64,000 bases of DNA, from the NCBI GenBank assembly GCA_054600435.1, contig BAAIJX010000027.1:124001-188000 (forward strand), written 5' to 3'. Below the pieces are notes generated by a model. It ran no database searches and was not told the DNA's origin. It was given only the letters and a program-made list of their open reading frames with translations. This document shows, one piece after another, positions 10,428 to 19,904 of the stretch. Both the position numbers and the translations under genes were made by a program. Positions within the stretch are counted from its first letter, which is position 1, and the number at the start of each line of letters is the position of its first letter. This DNA is from Neophaeotheca triangularis. Its lineage: Eukaryota.

Positions 10428-12358
10428 ATGCGTTACCACAGCGGAGCATCTGCACTCTTCCTGACATCTGTGTCTCACTGGATCAACAGCGTCCACGGAC
10501 TGCCCTCAGAAGACTGCCCGATTCTGGGGCCCGTGTTCCCCAAAGATTTCGACCTCAGGACAACCAAAACCTTCCCAGAAGCCACCTCCGCCTTTCCCAG
10601 CCTCATCGAAGAGGCCTTCGCATCTGGTCGAGTCAATGAGAGCACTTCAGCCTTCTACATCGACGTATTCTCGACTGTAACCAACCAATCCGTCTACCAC
10701 TACTCTCATTCGGCTTCAGCATACCCAGATGCCTTGACAGCTGGTGTCTTGGATGAGGACACTATCTTCCGTGTTGGAAGCGTCTCGAAACTCGTCACAG
10801 TATACGCCATCCTTGCCCGTACCGGGAGCTTGGCTATTCTTGATCATCCGGTCACTTGGTACCTTCCGAAGCTGCTTGGCAACGAAGATAGCGACCCGTT
10901 GGAAAGGATAGCATGGGAAGATATCACCGTCGGTGCTTTGGCGTCGCAGATGGCTGGTACGGGAAGTTTTCGTGAGTGGCCATCTGATATCCATGGATGT
11001 GAAGAGTATTAGCTGGGCTGACCTTACCGCGTTCAGCCGTCAGCCAGCTTCTTTGCTCGTTACCTGATTCAAATAATTGCACTGTCGCTGGTAAGGCCAC
11101 ATCGTCCCTCCACACGCTTGTTGACTAGCACTGAGAATGTCCAAGGATTCCTCGACACAGCACGCAATATCAAGCGACCTGTGACCCCACCTTTCGGTTC
11201 CTCACTGTACTCCGATATGGGTTTTGGAATCTTAGGCAGAGTCCTCGAATCTCTGACGAACATGACGTATGATGAAGCGCTACAGGCAGTGTTGGGAGAC
11301 CCATTGAACCTCAGCCATGTCTCTTCTATAGAGCCAGAGGGTGAGGTGGTGAACGCCTTCGTCGTCCCGGGGGACTTGTCGTTATCGTCGTGGGGGTTCG
11401 ACAACCAGATCAGTGCTCCGTAAGTCCCCCTCAGCTTCCGCGAAATCTCTCTTTTGTGCCTGTAGCATTACTGACATTTCCCAGGTCCGGCGGCGTTTAT
11501 TCAAGTGGTGCAGATCTTCGTAAGCTGGGCCTCGCCATCATGCACTCGGAGCTTCTCAGTCAGCCTGAAACGCGCAAGTGGATGGCCCCGCGTGCTCACA
11601 CATCCGACCTTGTATTCTCCTTCGGCGCACCCTGGGAAGTTGACCGTGTTAATCTCCCAGTCAGTCCCGGATCCAATAGGACCAGAGTCTCGGACCTTTA
11701 CACCAAAGCCGGAGGCAACGCAGGGTACGGATCGATATTTGCGCTCTCCCCTGATCATGGCATAGGCTTTTCAATCAACGTGGCAGGGTCTGGCGCGGCT
11801 TCGGGACGCTGGGCGTTGCGGGACCTCGTCGGCCAGGTCTTTCTGCCAGCTGCCGAACACTCTGCCGCCGAAAATGCCGCGACAAACTTCGCCGGTACCT
11901 TTGTCGGTAATGAGTCGATGCCGGGGACCAATCTCACGCTCAGCGTTGACGAGGATCGCCCCGGTCTCGGCATGGAGTCATTGTTTCTGTTAGGAGAAGA
12001 ATCGCGTGGCCTGCTTGTCAATGATCTGACTATTTCTCCGAACTTGAGCGTGCGGCTGTACCCTACGGGATTGGTCTCACAGCCTGCGGACAACTCGACG
12101 GGAAACACCGAACGACGTGGGTTCCGCGCGGTAGCGACGCTACTGCCTGCTCTCCCTCCGGTGGCCGCTCTAGGAGGCGAAGGACTATTCAGTAACCGCT
12201 GCTACGGGGCGAACTTGGATAGAGATTTCCTAACTGATCCTGTTTCTGGCTATGCGTTGGATGATTTCGTGTTCGAGGTGGTGGATGGCCGGCTTGAGAG
12301 AGTGCAGAGTGTGGCGGCACAGGTCTGGTTCAGTAGGTCGAAACGAGCTCTATCGTGA
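10428..12358 (+). CDS. Secreted serine beta-lactamase / alkaline D-peptidase family protein
   Basis: Signal peptide, SxxK (FRVGSVSKL), Y-S-D at the YxN position, and LYTKAGG. Three introns at about 10972-11036, 11092-11149 and 11419-11485. Confidence 0.87.
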
Positions 12359-13261
12359 GGATAGGATACAATTTGGAGAGAAGCTCTAGAAAATGGGCTT
12401 TTGGTGTTTGATTCTGCAAGATGAGGATGAGAAGGCGAGGTGACAGCACGAGATGGCCACAGAAAGTGTTCCCAGTAAGAGATTAGTACTCTTACGGGGC
12501 TTAGAGGTAGCAATGAGGGCGTGATTGAGGTTACCTGCGCCAAGCGTGCGCACGCATTTCATACTGCAAACGTCGTGGTAAATCTTCAAGGCCTTTTCAT
12601 GTAGCATAGCACAATTTAAAGTGCTTGGTAAACGATCAATACTGCCGGCCCAGTGGCAGAGTAAAGGAAGTTGAACGGTGCTACGGAGGTACAGTAGTAC
12701 TTCGTGCCAAGAGCGCGACATGCTTCCCGAAGTGGCCTAGCTTGGCCTTGATCCTCACTTCAGCCTTCGATTGCTTACGCAGCGACAGCAGGGCATAGCA
12801 TCCGCAATCTACTATGATATGCCAGCACTTCGGCAACCCCGAAGCTGGAAAGGCGGTCAGGAGCAGCCTTGGAGAATACATCAAAGTCCATACTCTCATC
12901 TGGCTCGTAGGAATTGGATACATCTACAATTGCAATCACTCTGACACCATCATATCTAACGCAGCTTGAACTACCTCAATCGAAGAGCAAGTACCGACAT
13001 AAAGGCATAGATGCAGCAAAAGCGGGTACGAGCCGTTTCCATACCCATCCTGAGAGCGCAGCACAGTGCCTTCTCTGGCTAGCCTGAGAGATACGGAATC
13101 CACACAGTTGCCTCCCACGCAGCTTGTCAATCAGCGGTCCACGCTTTGAAGGGCCTCCTATCCACCAGATTCCGGCGTTTGAAAACAAGCTCGTATTCGA
13201 GTGTTGCTCTGAGATTGCTTGTCCCGTTTGGGTTCTACGTGCCGCTGGCTTAAATACTGCC

Positions 13262-15014
13262 ATGCCGGGAGTACCTTCCAGTAAAGCATGCGATGGCTGT
13301 AGGAAGCAGAAAAAGAAGGTGAGGCTGCGAGCAGCCCCAACATAATCCCCTCCCCCTCTCCCTGTTTGTTCAACCGCTGATCCCCTTGTCAGTGCGATGA
13401 ATCAACTCCAGTCTGCGGACGATGCAAACGTCTGAAGCTAGCGTGTGTTGGCTCAGGGGAAAGGAGGTACAAGTTCCAGATCCGTACTAGTGGCCCAAAA
13501 AGTACGCTCCTCAAGGTGACATCTTCCGCCTCGAGCTCGACCGCCACGCCTGACTTCGTTCACGCATGCGTGCTGAGCTACCCACCGGCAAACAGCCAAT
13601 CGACTTTTTGCGCGCGCATCATCAGCACTGTGAAGTTTGACCTAGGGACGGATTTGCGGTACTCTTTGGGTATGTCTGGTCTTGTGCGGCAGGTTATGCA
13701 TTGCGCTAACGTAGATAGCGTGGTCTTCTGGAAACACTCTGTCCGAGATACCTAAGCGCTTGGGTACCAATCCGGCTCTGGATGCTGCCATGAAGGGAAT
13801 AGTTACTTGCCATGAAGATCTACTCACACGCCCTGGGGAGCTTTCACAAAGAGGTCTGCGGCAATACATGCACTCATTGAAGGTGCTGAGTAAAACTCTA
13901 GACGACCCTGCCCTTGCAACGAGCCCTAGCACTCTCGCCGCTATTTACGTACTGATGCTCACCCAGCCGTACAACGGCGTCTACGCCGATTGCTACACTG
14001 GCCATGCTGAAGGCGCTGCGAAGATCATCAAAATCAAAGGGTTCAAGTATGAGCCGAAAGACGATTTCGAAAGGAACATCATGACGTGCTTTCGAGCTCC
14101 TGTGGTGAGACATCATCATAGTAGAGGATTTGATGGAACTTGATCGCTGACTTTGTGGTTACCAGCTAATCGAGGGTCTCTTGAACCCGAACATCCGATT
14201 CTCACCCTCTGAATGGCGAGAGCTAATCGTTAACCCCCTGGAAGCGATGTCTGCAGAAAGGAAGAAGGTGGTCGGGGAACGTATGCTGTACTGTCTCTCT
14301 CGCGTGCCAGAGCTTACCAGCAAAGCGCGCAAAAGTCTCCACGACCAACGTCACGACGGTGCGTTGGCCGAAGAGGCAAATGACATCTACAACGAAGCGA
14401 TGGAATGTCTCGACATCGTCCGTGCTTCTTACCTTTCATACGAAGCCAAAGTCAGCGGGTCTGGCAACACCCGACCCAGTCCGAAACCACCAGCCACCGA
14501 CAAAGCCGCTCGCTTGGATTTTATTTATTACGCAGACAGTCAACGTTTGTACGGCCTCGCACTGTTCACAGTGGGCTACATCAACAAACTGATCCGCTCA
14601 TTCGGGATTCTCAACGCATCTCATAATCTCGAAGCCGAAGCAGCGGCGATCGTCAGCGAAATCATTGCACACGCAGAAGCATCTCGCCCTTTGAGACCGA
14701 TGGGTGCGGCTGGTGTACCGCTCTCGCTGGTCATTGCTCGGATCAATGTCAGGCACGACGATTACGCCACAATACGCTTGATAGAAGACTTGCACACTGA
14801 TTACTGCAACGACTTCCCCGGTGCGAAGGTGGAATCGATTTGGGATTTCACCAAGGATGCCGAATGGGTGGCGAATGATAAGTTTGGCGGTACGCAGGCG
14901 CATCAAGGGCTTACAGGGCTGGTGGACGAAGAGAATGATCTATGGAGTCAGGATGACTCCTGGTCGAAGGACTGTTACGGTACTATGGCCAGCGACCCAT
15001 TCGCAATGCTCTAA
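13262..15014 (+). CDS. Zn(II)2Cys6 transcription factor
   Basis: MPGVPSSKACDGCRKQKKK|CDESTPVCGRCKRLKLAC across intron 13319-13392 gives a full C-x2-C-x6-C-x6-C-x2-C-x6-C cluster. Further introns near 13671 and 14105-14165. Fungal TF middle region (H..GAAKII..KG). Confidence 0.88.
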
Positions 15015-15555
15015 GATGATCGTGACAACGTCACAGAGCTTGTAGAGGAGTACCAGAAAGCGTCTGAGGATGCTTCTCTTATTGGACAGGAGAACAAGTT
15101 CATTGGAGAGCAACAGGACAAGCAGCTCCTACTCGCAAAAAACACCCACTTCAATATTCCAGATCAGCAGGCTCGTCATGGCGACGACGAAATGAAGCGA
15201 ATGCTCGACATGTATAATCTTCAGATTCGGGCAGCTCGACGACTATATCATCAGGGTGACGGACCCTTCTACTTGCTACTCGTCTACAATGCACGCTATT
15301 CGGGCACAGAGCTGTCTGCCCCAGCTGAATTGACTTGACCGGAACTCAGCTCAGCTTTGCACCTTTTGGTATATAAGACTCCGCCTCTACATCACCTGGA
15401 TCTGTCAAGTCCCATGAACTCGACAACCGGCGTTCATCAACTGTAGAGGGTAGCCCCTGAGTTGGAGGCAATGACCCAAACCCTTGTCCTGGCAGCCAGA
15501 TCTAACCGACGCACCGACAATCTTTCCTCGGCACAAAAGGCCAAGAAATCATAGC

Positions 15556-15564
15556 AAAAAAAAA
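15556..15564 (-). terminator. RNA polymerase III T-run terminator of the 5S-like gene
   Basis: T9 on the minus strand at the 5S 3' end. Confidence 0.8.
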
Positions 15565-15836
15565 CATACAACAGGTGGGATTCCCACGTGGTCACCCACC
15601 GTAGTACTAGTCACCCGCTTCAGTGCTTGAATATGGCAGAGCAAAAGGTAGGGTAGCTATCCCGTATCGAGGTAGTAGCGTAGTACCTAGGTACCTAGGT
15701 AAGGTGTAGGTAGGTACGGAAGTACCTTTAGTTAGTAAGCGTGCTAAAGTGGCAATATCACTACGGCCACACGGCTTCGCCGCGAGCCGTAGTAATATTG
15801 TGGATGCCTTAGATTCACTGAGCTTTGGTCGTATGT
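15564..15836 (-). rRNA. 5S rRNA gene (or 5S-derived RNA) interrupted by a ~159-nt insert in loop C
   Basis: Minus strand reads ACATACGACCAAAGCTCAGTGAATCTAAGGCATCC (15836-15802), then the insert, then GCTCTGCCATATTCAAGCACTGAAGCGGGTGACTAGTACTACGGTGGGTGACCACGTGGGAATCCCACCTGTTGTATGT (15642-15564). This matches the Pezizomycotina 5S pattern and helices I-V can all be paired. Confidence 0.88.
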
Positions 15837-16605
15837 GCTCACTGTGCCTGTTTAATTGTTAATGTTCTATGATAGTTTCCCTCTATGTGCCATGATATCC
15901 ACAACAAGCCCTTGGGTTATCCAACACGGACGGCCTCGACGGCGTGCCAGCTGAAGCTGCCAGCGGGCGGCAGCGTCGAGTGCCTTCGGAACATTCCCGG
16001 TTACCTTCGAAAGACGTCGCGAACTTTAGGGTTAGAGTTGTTGTAAGCGTGGGAGTCTTGAAGACCTAGATCTTGCCTACCTTCGGACCTTCATCTTTCT
16101 TCTCGGGCTATTAGATTATGTCGTGAGACGATGCTGCATCAACACAAGTCTTGACCCTTCCAATTATTCTAGAGGAAGTCTCCAAAGTCTTGGCTAGACC
16201 GCAACAGTCCAACGCCAACCCCCTTGATCGTTTCTCTTGATCTTCTCGAGTACGCTTGAATAGTGTCTTCAGCAGTCAAAGGGATTACTCAATGCTACTA
16301 CCAAGTGTGGCGATCAGTCTGCCGTGCATTTGGGTTCCCTCATCTGCCCTTGCTTCCTTCCATTAAGCGCTTTGCCAAACTCCTCAAGGTTACACATACA
16401 GGTAGCATCTCACAAGCGGTTGGTCCAATGCCTTGCTGAAGAGGCTCCAGAACCCTCAGGGTGGTGTTGGTGCCTGATAGATGCAGGCTTGGTATCGATA
16501 TATTAGTACGTCAATTGCTGTCCCACTCTCGTCTTCGTCTCGCAACAACATCAACCTTTCTGCACAATCATAGACAGGATCAACAACCTCAACATTTGCC
16601 TTCCC

Positions 16606-18213
16606 ATGGCAGCGAGTATGCATGTACTTCCCGCCAACGAGGGACCAACAGCTCGTCCTACTGTGCCCTCCAATCCCGAGCAGCAGCTTCTAAGCAGACT
16701 CCAATCCTCTATCAATCAGGAGACGCTAGACGCAACCTTCGCATGCGGCGGCAGTATCCCAATCGCACCAGCAGGCTCGGGCGAACAAGCTCCGGGACGT
16801 ACCATCAAGCCCGTGACTATACGTTTTCAAGACCATGAGAGCACAGGTCACGTGCTGCGTTTCCCGGACAGTACCCAACTTGACCCTGATGCACTGGACG
16901 CCCTTCTGCGCGCATGCCAGCCCGCTACCTTCGGAAGAGGCGACCAGGACGTCCTGGACGCCTCGTATCGTAAAGCCGGCAAGCTTGACACCAACGCTTT
17001 CGACACGAACTTCTCTCCTTACGAGACCGGCATCATCGACAGCATTACCCAATTGCTCCTGCCTAGCTTATGTGGACATGGCGATTACAAAAGGAGTGTC
17101 CGAGCCGAGCTTTATAAGCTCAATGTTTACAGCGGGCCTGATGGCAAATTCAAAGCTCACGTTGACACTCCCAGGAGCCCGGCGCAGTTTGGAAGCTTGG
17201 TCGTTTGCCTGCCGGTCGAACATGAAGGTGACTACGGCCTGTTCTTTCTTTTCTAACGTGTTCTGAGGACTAATCTTGTCGGCGCGAAGGTGGTCAGCTG
17301 GTAGTTTGCTACGGCCGCAAGACCATCCCCTTCGACTGGTCCCTACAAGGTGGAAGAGGCAAGGATGGCGCCTCTATTCCTCAGATCCACTGGGCAGCAT
17401 TCTACAGCGACTGCCAGCACGAAGTCTTGCCAGTGACCAAAGGTCACCGCATCACCTTGACCTACAACCTATACGCAACGACTGGAGCAGGCACGCTAGC
17501 TGGCCAAGACACGGGCCTCGATGCGACCAAGCTGCCAATCTACCGGATCATGAAGCAAGCCATCGAGGACCCTGAATTTTTGTCTGACGGTACGTTGGCC
17601 CTCTTGAACCCTCCACATGAAATCGCTAATCCAGAAGTAAAGGTCGCAAGCTGGCGGCTTACCTCGCTCACGCTTATGCGCACACGAATCCTGCTATCAA
17701 TCTACTCCCACATTCCTTGAAGGGCGTGGACATGGTTCTCTACGAGACGGCTCGGGCTTTAGGGCTCCATTGCTGCGTTCGTCCGATCATGGAAGTACCC
17801 AAACCTCGCTACTACCGTGATTCAGACTCGGATAACAGGTGCGAGGGCGAGGATGAGGACGAGGATGCAACGATCAAGGCAGCCGGTGGAGTGGGCGACA
17901 TCCAAATCGGCGATAGTGAATGCCTGTCGGATGAGAAAGCGGAGTGGTTTGAAAAGAACTGGCCTTACGAGGCGCTGATCGATAGCGACGTCGTCTGGCT
18001 CAACTCTTCCAGCAACAGTCCCGAGGAGCTTGCGCTGGCGTATATGGCGGTATGTACCTCATCCGCTCTGCGGTGACTGGCAAGAGCACTAACATCTTTC
18101 TTCAGTATGGCAATGAGTCGGAAATGGAATACAAGTATTCGGCTGCTGCCCTGATCATCCAAGTGCCACCGGCAAGAATGCGATCGAAAGCTGTGAAGCG
18201 TCTCTCGGTTTAG
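16606..18213 (+). CDS. 2OG-Fe(II) oxygenase superfamily protein
   Basis: LYKLNVY..GKFKAHVDTPRS (HxD), FGSLVVCLP and WAAFYSDCQHEVLPVTKGHRITLTYNL (distal His/Arg). Introns at about 17228-17289, 17590-17642 and 18050-18105. Ends YGNESE...RLSV*. Confidence 0.88.
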
Positions 18214-18757
18214 GCTGAGCGCGCGAAAAGCGCTGCCAACGAAGGGCTGATTGCCGAAAGACGAGACGATCGGGGCTTAACGAAGGACCATTTTTGGAAG
18301 CATTTTGCGGATTTGCAAAGATTCACTGGTTTGGTTGGTGGTGTTGCCTTCGTCGCGTTCTCGAGCTTGACCTCAGATGCGAAATACTCCCTCAACAGTT
18401 AGCCAATTTTTAGCTGTGATCAATGATTTTGCGGCATTCGAAGTTACAATCTCCGCGGCCTTCGTGATAGGGCTCTATACGCCGAGATGTTCCCCAGCAT
18501 ATTGCGTTTTGCAACTAGGCTGTAGTTAAGTGAACGCCAGGGTGCGCTGTAGCTAATCAAAAGGTGCTCCTACCAAACTGTCGTTGGATCTTCTCCAGAC
18601 GTGTGGCAATCTTCGCAAGGGCCCGTCCTATCGGCGCGTCTTCAGCCTACCTTGGGTAGTGTCGCGTGCTGTTCCGTGTAAAGGGCGTGACTCGCTGCGG
18701 GTCGGGTATCTCCATATAATACATGGCATATTCGTACAAGGCGGAGCGTCTGATCTA

Positions 18758-19447
18758 TCACCACACCTTCCACCAAGGCTTTGCAGAGTCTCCGTTCCCA
18801 CCCTCGGTTCCCTTTAAGGCGGCAAATTTGGCGTCTTGGTCGCCTTCCTGCTTTGCTCGCCTCTCTTCCCTTGCTTTCTCTCTCCTTGCCTCTCTTGCCT
18901 TCTTATCAGCCTCTTTCTTGTTCAATATCTCGACTGCTCGCATCATGCCCTCTTTCTCGGCTTGTCGCTTGTACATGCAATACTGGTGCATGCCTATCGA
19001 GCTGAAACACGCTGAGCCTACCGCCCAGTTGCAAGCGACCTTAACACCCGCTGCGAAAGACGTCAGTAAACATTGCCCTTCTTTCCGACGTCTGTGCGTG
19101 TTCATCTTACCTCCAAAGATGGCTCTTATTCCGCCCACGGTGAAGCCTGCGCCAATGCCAGTCATCAGAGCATCTCTAACACATGGTCGCTTCGGCAGCT
19201 CTTTGAAGTCTTCCCATGTGATTCCTTTTGCAAAGGCGTTCCCTATTGTGACTTCAGGCGCCTTACCGCCAGCCGTGTTGTCCGTTCCGCCAGGCATCAT
19301 ATTGGCATTTTGCGGGGGAGGCGGCTGGTAGGGTATCTGCTTGCCACCTTGCCATTGCGTCCCTGCGAATGGCTTGTTCTCGGGATTGACCGTGAGGGTA
19401 TCCTTGTTGATTGGGGGCTCATCGGACTGTCTTGTATCGTCGGCCAT
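18758..19447 (-). CDS. COX20: Cytochrome c oxidase assembly factor Cox20
   Basis: PCVRDALMTGIGAGF..GG and ACNWAVGS..YC motifs. Intron 19051-19110. Charged C-terminus ending KPWWKVW. Confidence 0.88.
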   Translation of the reverse strand: MADDTRQSDEPPINKDTLTVNPENKPFAGTQWQGGKQIPYQPPPPQNANMMPGGTDNTAGGKAPEVTIGNAFAKGITWEDFKELPKRPCVRDALMTGIGAGFTVGGIRAIFGGKMNTHRRRKEGQCLLTSFAAGVKVACNWAVGSACFSSIGMHQYCMYKRQAEKEGMMRAVEILNKKEADKKAREARREKAREERRAKQEGDQDAKFAALKGTEGGNGDSAKPWWKVW

Positions 19448-19617
19448 GCTGGTGTTTGGGTTGTCGAAGTTGTGGTCGCAGAAATGAACCTCGAGTGATG
19501 ATGAAATGCACCCGAGCACCTCCCGTCAGTTTATTAGACGTTCAGACGAGACGGGATCCGTGCAGGCTTTCGGATTCGGGTTCGGCAGCAAGTCTTCCGA
19601 AGCACTTTAGATCGAGT

Positions 19618-19643
19618 CGCGAAAGTCGCGTGTCTCGACGCGA
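19618..19643. promoter_or_regulatory. Cluster of MCB/SCB-like G1/S elements in the COX20-POL2 bidirectional promoter
   Basis: CGCGAAA (19618-19624), TCGCGT (19626-19631) and ACGCGA (19638-19643) lie within 26 nt, about 270 nt upstream of POL2. Confidence 0.55.
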
Positions 19644-19904
19644 GAAGTGCAGGCAGTGCAGTGCAAGCTCGACTACAACGCCGGACTCTGATCAGAACCC
19701 TACACGTACATACAAGCATACATACACACACACGACCCAACAGTTTTGCGATCCGCACCGAGACTGGCTTTTATATTCGCCAGCTAGTACCGCCAAGCGT
19801 CTCGATCTCACCAACCCAAGTTCGATGCAGACTTGATTCTTGTTCCAAGGGCCGACTGGGCCATAAACACTACACGACTTTAACGTCTCACAACGCCACC
19901 CATT

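Noticed and set aside
15643..15801. 5S insert as a spliceosomal or group I intron, or a MITE
   Set aside because: It has no GT/AG ends on either strand, no recognisable group I P-Q-R-S core, and no terminal inverted repeats or target-site duplication.
16026..16035. CTAACCCTAA on the minus strand, resembling a telomerase RNA template
   Set aside because: A single 10-mer can occur by chance in 64 kb. I could not identify a pseudoknot or CR4/5, and the 5S-like gene with its T-run lies about 200 nt downstream. A covariance-model search would settle it.
10428..18213. Secondary-metabolite gene cluster (hydrolase + Zn2Cys6 + 2OG oxygenase)
   Set aside because: There is no backbone enzyme (PKS, NRPS, terpene synthase, DMATS) or repeat-type RiPP precursor nearby.
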